Part shown: in pieces, positions 51,721 through 64,000 of the stretch
Numbering within the stretch: the first letter of the stretch is position 1
Layout: every line of letters begins with the position of its first letter
Assembly: GCF_018977255.1 (NCBI RefSeq)
Contig: NW_024704743.1
Coordinates: 64,234,001-64,298,000, forward strand
DNA length: 64,000 nucleotides
Direction: 5' to 3'
Source: Callorhinchus milii
Taxonomy: Eukaryota
Notes under the pieces: generated by a model
Told to the model about the DNA's origin: nothing
The model's database searches: none
Seen by the model: only the letters and a program-made list of their open reading frames with translations
Translations under genes and position numbers: made by a program

Positions 51721-52801
51721 GTGTGGATGTTTGCCGGAGGCTGACAACCTGTGAGTCTTTCCAGTACTTTCTGGGATGCCAACATTCCTTCTGCACCAGA
51801 AAGCTACACTAGCGTGCCGAACACAGAAAGTACTGCGGACCCACAGTGCCGCCTTGTTACATACATATCTGAATACTGTGTAACAGGGTCTGGCTGTGGC
51901 TTCCTTGCATTTAGACTATCTCAGTACTTCTCAGTATTTTTATATGCTTGGATGTCCTGGCCTTTCAACTTTCTTTTGTCAAACGAAAATACGTTCACTG
52001 TCTGTGAGTTTCTCCTTAAAAACAAGCTTTGAATCCTATGTTTTGGAATCATCCTTTACCTCTTCTCCCAAGTATCTAAGTATGTTAAGGTAGAGTGCCC
52101 GGAGCTTGTACATTGTTCCTAATTCAGCCAGCCCCGATCTCTACAACAGTGGAATAACTTGTTTCTAGTCATAATCAAATGAAAGTCTCAGGTGAGGTTC
52201 AACCCAGTCTATAATTAATTACAGTTATAACAGTTTCAAACTAATGCATTAAATGAGATCTCAAGAGTCTCACACTAATTATTTTTCTTTATTAAAGCAC
52301 ATTCCTTCACTGTGCACGTATGTTCCACTTCTTCTTCCTAAATTCATGAAATCCTAAATCCTGACATGGTGCCTTTGTAATCTCTCATCCCATTTCAAAG
52401 TGCATTGTCATGCTTCAAAACGCCTCAGATCTAATTATAGTGATGCAATTGAACACAATATCTTCAAAGATGTGTTTTGAAGCGTGACAATGCAATTTAA
52501 GTAAGTGAAGGCTAAATCATTGCAATTTGCAGTGCAATATGTGCCATCGGAGTCAGACAGCATTCTGAGCACATGCACCGTGATGTCACTGTGGTGTAGA
52601 AGGATGGAGCGGTGTCGCTGTTTATTACACCATGTTATAAGGCGGGTTTGAATTTTATAGAGACCAAATATGCCTGTGCCTTCTAACTTTGCGCTCAAGG
52701 TCAAATAATATCTTTTTGTATCATTTATGCCTTGAGAAATTTCAAGAACTGGGACCCAAATTTCCACTCAGTCTTTACTGTAAGACCATTTTTATTTTAA
52801 A

Positions 52802-52945
52802 AATATAAGATTGGGCAGAATTGTGGACAATTCTTAAATTTAACCTTTAATTGGAAGCTGGTTTTGCACTGTTCTTAAAAACAACCAGCTTCCAATTAAC
52901 ACAGAATTTAAGAACTTTTCACAATTCTGTACAATCTTAAATATT
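52802..52945. repeat. Imperfect palindrome with ~62-nt arms, a perfect 17-bp core and a 19-nt loop; MITE-like
   Basis: TTAATTGGAAGCTGGTT (52847-52863) pairs with AACCAGCTTCCAATTAA (52883-52899); outer arms also pair. Confidence 0.88.
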
Positions 52946-53411
52946 AGGGAAAATTTCTCTCAGAGGCTAAGTAGTAGAATTTCATGCCTCTGGATCATGT
53001 GACTTTTTTGACTACAAGACAACTATCATAAATGTGGTGATCTGCGTCCAATATCATACAACAAAGTGCAACATAAATTGCCGATTTCTGGGCTATCAGG
53101 TGGCTGCTGACATCACTTCCTGCATGTTGATGTGTGCATGTATGTTATGTTCTGATGACATTTGTTTTTAGTGCAGGAAACTGGCGAGTCAGCCCCAGTA
53201 ACCAGGGGTACCATGCTTGCGGTACAGCAGACACAGTCAGACAATAGATTTGTGTTCTATGTGAATCCACATTCAACCGAGGCACATTCTCATGGGTCTC
53301 CCATGTCATTATTTTGAGTATTGACACACTGTAAGATTTACCAATCGTGAGGTAAAGCTCAAGGTCTTGACAAACTGGTGCTGAATAACTATTTCATGTT
53401 GTCACTCACAG

Positions 53412-53554
53412 GTCATCTGGCACCCTGAGGAATACCATAAACAATCAAAACGGTGTCCTGAGTTCATTACAAGACATTGGAAAGCAAATCAATGAAACCC
53501 TGACAAGCGCAGCTAACTTACAAACCGAATATGAAGAATTGTTTGGGCAGTCAG
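53412..53554 (+). CDS. ABCA13: ABCA13 coding exon 4: SSGTLRNTINNQNGVLSSLQDIGKQINETLTSAANLQTEYEELFGQS
   Basis: ctcacag| acceptor, G|gtaatg donor, 143 nt, phase 2->1, open; resembles recalled human IQDLAEEI...AKNL. Confidence 0.75.
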
Positions 53555-53609
53555 GTAATGTGGTAAGACGGAGAACTCGAGTCTGCCAGGTTTTGAGAGA
53601 TTTATAGAA

Positions 53610-54612
53610 ATATTAAGTCTAATTGTAAAAGTTTTTACAAATATATTAAGAGGAATAGGCTAGTGAGGGTAAATGTAGGTCCACTTCAGTCAGAGACGGG
53701 AGAAGTTGTAATGGGGGATAAGGACATGGCAGAGTCCCTAAATGGATACTTTGCATCTGTCTTCACCCTAGAAGACACAACAATTCTGCCAACAATAGAG
53801 ATGCACCAAGGGGATCAGGACAGGGACCAACTTAGGGAAATTTTCATTAGTAGAGAATGGTGCTAGGGAAACTGTTAGCACTAAAAAGTGACAAATCTCC
53901 TGGTCCGGATGGCTTGCATCCCAGGGTTTTAAAAGAGGTAGCTTATGAGATAGTGGAGGCCTTGTGTCTGATCTTCTAAAATTCCTTGGATTCTGGAACA
54001 GTCCCCATGGATTGGAAGATCGCAAATGTCACACCACTACTTAAAAAGGTGGAAAGGAAAAGATGGGAAACTATAGGCCAGTTAGTCTCACATCAGTGAT
54101 AGGAAAAATTTTAGAATCATTGATTAAGGATGTGGTAGTGCGGTATTTAGTGGAGCACCACATAATTAGGCCAAGTTAACATGGCTTTAAAAAAGGGAAG
54201 TCATGTTTGACAAATCTCAGAGTTTTTTGAGGATATTTCCAGTAAACTAGATAAGGGTGAATCAGTGGATGTGGTCTGTTTGGACTTCCAGAAGGCATTC
54301 GGTAAGGTGCCGCATAAAAGGTTAGTCCAAAAGATAAGAGCCCATGGAATTGAGGGGAGCATATTAACGTGGATTGGGTAATGGTTAACGGGTAGGAAAC
54401 AAAGAGTAGGGATAAATGGGTCCTTTTCAGATTGGCGGGATGTGACTTGTGGAGTGCCACAAGGATCAGTCCTTGGACCTCAGCTATTTACCATCTACAT
54501 TAAACGATCTAGATGAGGAGTTAGATTAGATCAGCCATGATTGAATGGCGGGGCAGAATCGAAGGGCCGAATGGCCTACTCCTGCTCTTACATGTTATGT
54601 TATATTATGTTA
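53610..54612 (+). mobile_element. CR1-clade LINE: tether and RT N-terminal half fused to the 3' tail
   Basis: [52 protein letters not shown]; tail GGGCCGAATGGCCTACTCCTGCTC followed by (TGTTA)n. Confidence 0.92.
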
Positions 54613-55908
54613 TAGTGACACAACGCCATTCAGTCAAACTAAGCTCCATTAGCTACCAGTACCCCAAATAAATTAATAATTTAAGTGAGCACTGGGAAAA
54701 CCCAACTGGTTCACTAATGTCCTACAGGGAAAGAAATCTGCCATACTGCAAGCCGGTTGACTTTTAATGCCCTCTGGAATGGCTATTCAAGCCATTCAGG
54801 TGTAAGAAAACCACAATAAAAAACATTAAAGTAGTTTAATCAGAATGCCCACCACCAACCACTCAGGATATCCAGATCACCCACGCCTCGAGAGGTGTAA
54901 AAAGGAAATATCTCACACCCTTGACCTTCATGACCTGGTCCTCTAGAACTCTCTTCCAAAACCATTTGGGTTTTACATCACATTTTGGGTGCCCAGCCAA
55001 CTGTATAATATGCTTGGTATGTCCGCCTGACGTGAAAGGCTCTGCAGAAATATATAATAAATAATAATCCTTGCATTTGATATAGCGCTTTTCACATCTT
55101 CTCGACGTCTCAAAGCGCTTCACATAATATGCTGTAAAGTGAATTGACTGTATATCTGTGGGTGAAACGTGGCAGCCAATTGCGCACAGCAGCGTATATC
55201 GTATTGTATTTTGCCTCTCCCTTTGAATATGTTGTCAACATCTTTAAATCTCTTATTTCCTTCGTGGGTATCCATGCCAATACTTATCAAACAGTGATTT
55301 GAAATGAAAGGTGCTAAATGAATAAAACTTTTTTGTTATTACTTTAAGTCAGGTTGGTCCAACCTTTCGGCAGCTGAGGGCCGGATGCCCTATTTGAAAA
55401 ATGTCTGTGCACAAGCAATATTTTGTACAGTCAATATGTACAAAATATCCAGTCAATTCACTTTACAGTATATTCTGTGAAGCATGTTCAGATGTGATAA
55501 GGTGCTACATCAAATGCAAGGATTATTATGAGTAGTTTTGTGTTTCCCTTCCAGAAGCATAAAATAACATTGTTGGGTTATGGAGAAATTGAGGGGTGGG
55601 GGGAGCAGATGAAGCAGGCTTGTGGGTCGCCTGTTGGATCACCCTGCTTTGTTATTGCTGTATCCAATCATTGTGAAATCACTGGCCAATTTCCATACAA
55701 TGTTCTCCATAGTTCTGTGGAATATTATGCTTGGTCTTAGATATACTCAGATCAGCTGTTTGCGGAATCTACTGGACTTGCTAAGTGGACCACAATGGTT
55801 AAAACAACAGTCTTCTCTGGTCCTTTACTTTTCTATATTCCTATGAGGTTAAGTCTGAACTATTGTAGGTTGCAAAGGCATATCTCAAATCTTTTTTTTT
55901 CTTTACAG

Positions 55909-55925
55909 ATTCTGGAATACGTTTG
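55909..55925 (+). CDS. ABCA13: ABCA13 coding exon 5, 17-nt micro-exon: (D)SGIRL
   Basis: Strong cttttttttt ctttacag| acceptor and TTG|gtgagt donor; bridges phase 1->0 between exons 4 and 6. Confidence 0.72.
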
Positions 55926-58000
55926 GTGAGTGATCAATTATGATAACTAATTATAGATAGCATTATGTCTTAGCCTTCCCATCACAGACACTTATCAATA
56001 AAAATGAGGTAGAAAATAGGATCTGCGTTGTTTTGAGCCAAAAAATAACTTTTCGTGATTGATCTCAAGTCCAGCCTATTCAATTGATTAAAAATTAGTT
56101 TTTTTTGACTTGAACAGAACAAGACTGGAAAAGAAATATCTCGCAAACAAACTTCCTGAAGTAGGACCCAAAGTCTAAATAAATAAAAATCACCCACTTC
56201 CGATTTTTTTTAAAAAAAAAAGTGGCACTGGGACAGAGAAAGCTAGGAACCACTGACCTGGAAGGATGTGTGGCCATCTGATAGTTTACACCAGTATTAA
56301 ATAAGGAATATCTCAAATTTTACCTCACTATAAATTAGATCTCTTGTATTAAAACTGAGTGCAACAACCACCGATAGATTTCTTTAAGTTGCCCTCTATA
56401 GGGAGACAGAAAATACCATCACAACTTTAAAACAGAAGAATCCTACTTTATCCCCATTTCAAATATAGCTTTTGAAAAGAAACAAACAGGTTGGTTCAGT
56501 TAGATGTGGCACTTCATCTGCTTCTGGGAATGATGACTCACATTCATACCTTGAAGTGATCCGCACTAGAACTGCCTTTGCTGCATTCCCACAATGAGTT
56601 TGGCCCAATTCACATTCTTTGGGTTTGCTGAATTCTTCTCCTTTCTTCTCTTTTGCACCCTGAGTGCTCATACCATGTTTCTTCTGTTAGAGTGACAATC
56701 AGTGAACTCTTCACTCAACACAGAAACAAAAGGAAAACAACCTACACTGATTTGTTAAAAGCATCTGGCCTCTGACATAAAAAATGGGTCCTTTTCATCT
56801 ACGTAAATCACCCCCTCAACAAAGCAGGAAGTTGTCTTCTTGTGTATAATTGATGTGCCATTCAATCATTGGCCCTCCCCCCAAAAATGTGATCACTCAA
56901 TCCATGACTGTGTGTGGGACACTGCTGTGCACACGAAAATATACAGTCACTTCACTTAATAATATAGTCTGTGAAGTGTTTTGAGATGTTTTAACAACAT
57001 GACAAAGTGCTATAGCAAATTCAAAGATTATTATAATTGATTACGTGGACCCCATTCACTGAGTATACAGCTAGCCAGCCGACTCAGGTCCCAGACAGGA
57101 ACCTGTTCACGTGCTAAACATGGAACTGACATTGGTGGCAACCTGATAACTTAGAAGTTGGACATTTCTTTTAGCTCAAGAACTACCTGGTGCGTGGGAA
57201 TTGAGTTGGCTGGCTGAGCACATGAAGTGAACCCAACCACAAGGCGTTTGGGTTTCCATGAATCCTAAGCACTGTGTTATAACAGAGTTCCACTCATTCG
57301 CTATCTGTGTGGTACGAGGGAGGTCCTCACTGAGACTGAGTGGAAAATCACTGTGCAGAACCAATATCCTGATCCATTCCTCCCACTCAGCCCTGTTAAT
57401 CCTGCAAACCGAAACACTAACAGGCAGGGTGGCCCCAGCCGGACAAGAGTGGGAAGCTTGCCAAGACAGTGCTTTCAGCTGCTTAACTTCAAGTACAGTC
57501 TGGAATCCACACATCCCTTAACAACCTGTGCCTAATACAATCCAGATTTGGCAAGAAGGGTGTGTTCCCCTGGGGAGAGTATGCACATTTCATTCCAGAC
57601 ATGGAAATTTCTATGTGTAGGTGACATACATGGAACTCTTAGTCTGGTTTAAACGGTGAATAGTTGATGCACGTGTCAAGCACCTGGCTAACCACCCAAA
57701 ATGATTTGGGAATTGAAACCCTTACCTTTAATACCAGAAATTTGCTACCATGAATATCAAGATTTGTCAATAAAATAGAAAATTGCCCAACTCTGGGTAT
57801 GCAGACTTCATTTTCCTAAAGTAATTGAATGTTAGCTTTGATTATTTTGGAGTCATTCTAACTAGACTGGCAATGGTAAATGAGAATTAGAAATGTACTG
57901 TCACACCCATCTCTACACAAAACCTGAGCTCAGCCCTATGATATTGCTTGTACTGGTCAATCTGGAAGTTAAGCAAGGATTCTTTGTTGATTTTTTTTAG

Positions 58001-58173
58001 GATGATCTGGACAGAGGTGAGAATTTTATACTTGACCTTGTGAGAATTCATAGGGACCAATATCTCTGGAGCTTCCTGCACAGACTACCCAAGTTACTGG
58101 AAACCTTGCAGAAAGAGGACTTTCTCAAGAGTGGCACTGTCATGATGGCTGAAACACTGATGGATCTAAAGAG
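58001..58173 (+). CDS. ABCA13: ABCA13 coding exon 6: DDLDRGENFILDLVRIHRDQYLWSFLHRLPKLLETLQ...MDLK
   Basis: ttttttttag| acceptor, AG|gtaaac donor, 173 nt open; resembles recalled human MDLNKTEEVILKL...IWDFLLLLPRL. Confidence 0.82.
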
Positions 58174-61100
58174 GTAAACAATCACCTCTTTATTGCAAGT
58201 TTTATTTTAAAATGAAGTTTGCTTAACCTTATGTTCCTTATCCTCGCAACAATGATTATATCGCTACTTACGATCAGCAAGTTTTTTCAGAGATAGACAC
58301 TTGCTATCAAAATAAGTTTTCTGTGGATAACCAGCTTCTAAGTTCAGACTGATTTTAAGAAATTTACAAAATTCTGTGTGCTCTTTTTTAAGACAATGGC
58401 CTTAAGACTAAGGTGGTACAACATTTCAGGAGCAAGGGAAAGGAATTCTTCTTGGGTCTGCAGAAAAACCCAGTTCAAAATGAAAATTGGATTGATATTG
58501 TCAGATTTTGCACACTCTGAATTGCTATGAAAATATTGCAATGTAGAATTTTCCCCCTGGCATCAGAATCTGCCTGTCCAGCTGGACTTTAAACATTTGG
58601 AAAGGGAAGGGAGTTCCTAGCCAACAAGCTCACAAATAAAATTGGTCATTCACTTCATAACTGTTTGTAACTGTAGCAAATTGGTTGTTGTGTTCTCCTA
58701 AAAAATATACTTTACAGTATATTTATGAAGTGCTTTGGCACATCCACCTAATATAAAAGGTGGAATGTCAAATGGAAGGATTATTATTATATTAACCATC
58801 ATTTTCAATCAAGGGTCATTGGGTTAAAAATAGGATTTACAATACAAACCAACATTTATATATAGTACCTTTCACCATGGGAGGACGTCCCAAGGCACTG
58901 GATGGACAGTCTAAGGTTTGCATCCCAGCTGAGGGTGGGGGCCAGGGGATGGGTGAGGGAAGAGGGCCAAAAAATGTCCTGAAACACTTGTCTTTTTTGC
59001 TCTCTCCTTTGCACTGGGCATAGATGTTTTTGTACTCATGTTCAAATATTTTGTAAACCTCAAGAAAAGATAAAACCAAAGCACACTGTCTGGGAGAACA
59101 CATTATGAAATGATACAAGTTTGTTGTTGTTCTACTTTTAATATCGCTGAAAAAATCTTCAAAGGATAAAATTGTCTCTTGTCTGAACAAGCAGCTTCAT
59201 CAATTACCATTATATTTACCCATCATACATTATAACAACAACTTGCATTTATATAGCGCCCTTTATGCGGATAGCATCCTGGAGCATTTAATATAATGTA
59301 TAATACATTATATTATGCATAGAATTAGAGAGCTGAGAAATTAAAAAGCAAACAAAAAGAAAAAAAATCAATCCACACTTCAGAATTTAGACATTTTCTA
59401 GGCCGAGCCAAGTGAAATCTGACATGCTTGAGGCAGCATTGAGTGGAGAAGTGGAGAATATTGACCAGTTGGTAACCAGTTCTGCTATAGTCAATACACT
59501 CAATTCAGGGTAGCTTGTCAAGGAGAGTATTCCCTCAGGTGATACTGTTTTACTAGGGTGGGAGGGGGTGCTGGAGAAGAGGGAATCATTATCACATTAA
59601 AATGCACTATGAAACTGCAAATTTAGATCTGTCCTTTAATGATCGTGAATCAGTAAACACACTCCCCTTCTTGACTTCTACATTTTTGGATAAGTTTTGC
59701 ACTTATTCAAAACAAATACCTATGTCATTTTTTTTCTCTCCCAATCAATGTTCTGATTCGGCTGCATTCAGACACTGATCTACCCGAACAAGGTAATTTT
59801 TGGTCACAGAGAAATAACTATCACATAGAACACTTTGTAGCATTGGAGAGACTGCAGTGAGGTTTATGGGGATGTTAATCAGGATGAGCCCTCTGAGTCG
59901 CTATCTAGAATGAATTTATATATAAATGCAAGTTGTTGTTTTTGTTGTTGAGTGGGTACAGCTACCATGAAAGATTGCACCGGTGACAACTTTTCTCCCT
60001 AGAGGTGAGATGATTGAGAGAGGACCAACAGTGGTGTTTAAGATAAAAGGATTGGATAAGGTGGATGTTGTTACTATTGGTATACGTATAAGAAAGCTAG
60101 TAATAGATCTAACAGTGAGTTTAGGAGAAAACACAGAGAGTAGCTAGAATGTAGAATTCTGTCGGAGCTGTGGTTGAAACAAAAAGCACCAATGTATTTA
60201 AGAGAGAAAACTTGATGCATACATAGGAGACGGGAATAGAGGGGTATAGGAAAGAGGATTGTGCAAGCTGCAGACCATTCAGAGCTCTGCAGCTCGTGTC
60301 CTCTCTCACACATCAGGCTCTGCAAGCCCATCACCCCCATCCTCACTTAGCTCCACTAGTTTACTTTCAGGTCCCTTCACAGGATTGAGATGTACTGATT
60401 GAACCCAAAATGCAGGAAGTATCAGACTTGTGCGAAGCCTTTCTTGTGTTGAGGAGATTAGCAAAGAGAATTGTTTAATGAGGGATATTTTGGAATGAAA
60501 CAGCAGGAACAGGTTTAGTTAAAAACTTCATGAAAAAGAGGAACTTCTAATAAAAAACATAACCTGACAACAAAAGGATTCCAGTTTGTAATGTCGCTAT
60601 CTAGTTTAAAGCACATCATGATAAAGAGAAACTTCCAATAAAAATCAGAACTTGAGAATAAAAAGCATCTAGTTTATAATGTCGCTATGTTTTGGGGCTA
60701 CAACAATACTAATAATAACAATAATCTTTGCATTTAATATAGCGCTTCATCATGTTGTCGAGACATCTCCAAGTGCTTCACAGGATTTTAGTGTCTATTT
60801 TGAATTGGGGCAAGATGGGAGGTGGGGATTTTTAATTAATTAACTAATCTCTAGTTACATAATGAACTGATTTCCTTATATGTGCTTCCATTATTTTTTA
60901 TAAAAAGTTGTGCTTGAAAGCTCAATGTTTACTTAGATGAGGGAGAAGGGTATGGGAGAGGGGATCAGGAGGAGGGGAGACTCATGCAGAATATGAGCAC
61001 TGGCACAGACTTGGGCCAAATTGCCTGTTTGCATGCTGTAACAGTCTGCGTAACTATTTATTTACCATCACAACATTTTTGAATCGTGTCAGGATAAATA

Positions 61101-62079
61101 TTCAAGTCAGAATTTGAACCTGGCTTTGAAACAAGCCTTCAATGTCCCCGGAAATAGAGTGCCTCTGCCACAGGAACAAGGCTGCACACTCTTTCATAGG
61201 AGAAGACAATCACAAGATTAGAAAATCTCCTGTAAGTAACATGAAGAGATGAGTAATAGAGGTGTTATTGTTTGCTTGTGTCAGCTTACAATAGGACTTT
61301 TTCAAGAATTACCATTACTCCCTTTAGAACTCGTCCACACATCATCACGTTTAACTCTGATTTCAGCAAGGAAAAGGGATACTTCTGTATTCTAGGGAGA
61401 GTTTTAAGAAAGCAAACAAGACTGTGCGATTATGTGTTTTCAGGAGGAAGTCATGTATCCGGAAAGTTTCAACAGTACACATATGCAAAACAAAGGGGCT
61501 TAATGTCTTCAGACAGTTCGATTAACATGATACCAATGCTTGTTGGCTATAACATTCAGACCAGGTTTTCTGCTAGCAGAGTTTTACCATTGCTATGCAT
61601 GGCTGCACTATACTTGCAGACGAATACTAAACATTTCTATCAGTTAGTTGATATATCCTGCCTGGGCCATGAATCATGAGCTATGTGTCTGTCCAAAGTA
61701 AAAAACTGTATTTTCACAGCAAAAATCTATCCTAACGTTTCAAAATCTCTGTTTTTAATTCATTTTGAATACTGCTTACTGGTTTTGTGTTGCTTTTTAA
61801 GCATTTGTGCTCGAGATACTGGGAAATACAACTGCCCTTCCACATTTCCAATGAGTATTAGCGTTAAATGGAATCTGAGGAAGCTTGAAACTTCCTGTTA
61901 CTGATTCATCTTGCACTATATGGGTGTCCGCTAATAGCACTCTCTCATCTGAGTCAGAAGTTGTGGATTCAACCCCCATGTTATAACTTTGAACTCACAG
62001 TCTAAGCTGTTGTTCTAATGTAATGCTGGGGGTGCGTTAATTGTGGGAGTCACAGACCTTTGGATGAGACATTAAAACG

Positions 62080-62612
62080 TAACATCGCCCGACTCCGCCA
62101 TTACCTCACCCCTCAGGCCACTGAAACTCTTGTTCATGCCTTCATCACCTCCAGGCTCAACTATGCAAACGCCCTACTTGTCGGCCTTCCCAACTCCTCC
62201 CTCCACAGTCTACAGATAATCCAGAACTCTGCAGCCCGGGTCCTCTCCCGCACTAAACTCCGTGACCCCATCTCCCCATTCTTCCGATTCCATTGGCTCT
62301 CTATCCTTCAGAGGATCCAGTTCAAGATCCTGGTCCTCACCTACAAAGGCCTCCATGGCCTCGCCCCACCCTACCTCTACGACCTTCTAACCCCCTACCA
62401 ACCCGCCTGCTCCCTCCGCTCAGCCGGCTCTGGCCTGTTCCACGTCCCCCGACCCATCCGCCCCACCATTGGCGAGAGAGCCTTCAGCCACTCTGCCCCC
62501 AACCTCTAGAATTCCATCCCCCAATCACTCCACCTCGCCCCTTCCTTAGCCTCCTTGAAGTCCCACCTCAAGACCCTCCTCTTTGACCATGCCATTGGTC
62601 ACCCCCCTTCCC
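62080..62612 (+). mobile_element. L2 LINE 3' fragment directly abutting a Deu-SINE 5' half
   Basis: RNIARLRHYLTPQATETLVHAFITSRLNYANALL...RIQFKILVLTYK. Confidence 0.92.
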
Positions 62613-64000
62613 CCTTACGTAGTGTCATTTGACACCTTGATTCTGTGTTGAATCCCTCCTGGCACAGGTGTCAAGAATCTGCTCCCACTACCTGTGGATT
62701 CTTGCTAAGTTTCTGTCTGTGGCATAAAATCCAGCTCTCCTTTTTGAGTCTGGGGTTAGATTTTCAGCTCTGGTTCCACTTGAATTCTCTCTCCAAAACC
62801 CAAAGCATGCTCCATCTTAAATTTGATACAGGCCCCTGTTCCCAAACATTTCCAGATCCAACTCTTTTGCCATATTATAGAACCACTGCAGATGTTCACT
62901 TCCTGTCAAATCCAAGGCTTCCTCTCAAATCTTAGACTTAGTCATTAACTGGCATGAACACAAAATATGTTTAGTTATTTCTTCCTATTTAAATTAATAG
63001 TGATCGATTGTGTGTACCCCCAGTCTCCTCCACACACCTCTCATACTCTTTCCCTGATAGATTCACATTTAAATGTCCTATGTTGTTTTTGATCAACGTT
63101 ACAGGATTGCCTAGTTTTAAAAGGGAATGTTCCACTACTCTTGTGCCAATGCCACTATCACAGCCATTTGTTTTTAGGCATCCACTAAATAAGAAAATAC
63201 CTATACAACTGTGCTCTATCACAGTTCAAAGTGCTTCACAAGTAACTACTGTTACATGTGGTGACTAGTTCTGTAGACAAAATAAGGCTTGAGCACACAC
63301 ACACATTTTCTGAACTGGAGGTGAGATTGCGACTGGCCAAGCAAATTTTCCAAAATTAACTGTCCAGCTCCTATTCTGTATAACCTCTGCCCAGTTCCCA
63401 TAAAATAATAATCCTTGCATTTGATATAGAGCCTTTTTATGTTATTGAGATGTCTCAAAGGCTGCAAAGAATATACTATCAAGTGGATTGACTGTATTTT
63501 GTGGGTGAAACACAGCAGCCAACTGGGCATGGCAATGTCCCACAAACAGTTATGGGGTGAATGACCAATTTTATTTGGAAGATTATTGGCCAGGACACTG
63601 GGAGAAACTTCCTTCTCTTTTCAAATAGTGGCATGGGATCTTTAGCATCCACCTGAACAGGCAGATGGGATCTCGATTTAACGTCTCATCCGTTAAATGT
63701 GTTTGCATTATGCGTTTGCAGAAAACAAGAAGTGACATTGGCTGTGACCTGAAAAAAACGAAAGTTAGCCAGGAAACAGCCAACTGTCAAACTGCTATCA
63801 CACTGCTATATAACCTGCTTTATGGATCCCAAACACACGGCTGCACTGTAATTTTAAATTAAGGCAACATTTTCCAAAAATTCTTAAGGACATTTTAGTT
63901 AACTTTTGAGTCAATCGTCTTAACAGTGCTCGATATGCTACCCTGGCTGAAGGGCTCTATATAAATGTGAGTTGTTGTTGCTCTCTTAAATTTAAGACCG

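Noticed and set aside
61444..61530. Candidate ABCA13 exon after gtgttttcag
   Set aside because: In the required phase it reaches a stop codon with no convincing donor or homology.

Overview
Repeat-rich vertebrate genomic DNA. The L2, CR1, Deu-SINE and Penelope repertoire suggests a cartilaginous fish (inference). Two genes are transcribed divergently, with start codons about 14 kb apart. (1) A complete ZNF830 (CCDC16/OMCG1) gene lies on the minus strand. I rebuilt it by hand as 10 coding exons (28988->1199, 1092 nt, 363 aa) with all splice phases consistent. Its first intron is a textbook minor-spliceosome (U12) AT-AC intron (ATATCCTT ... TTCCTTAAC ... AC), whereas human ZNF830 is, from recall, intronless and located elsewhere. 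(2) The 5' end of ABCA13 lies on the plus strand: six coding exons from 43021 to 58173, including a 17-nt micro-exon, and the gene runs off the window. The rest is L2 and CR1 LINE fragments, a tRNA-Ala-derived SINE and a Deu-domain SINE sharing an L2-type tail, and a Penelope-like GIY-YIG element with inverted arms and a hammerhead relic. There is also an RTE relic, an unclassified ~0.5 kb dispersed repeat, two long hairpins and a promoter minisatellite. Most ORFs in the supplied track are spurious or TE-derived. Repeat boundaries are approximate; exon boundaries were read base by base.
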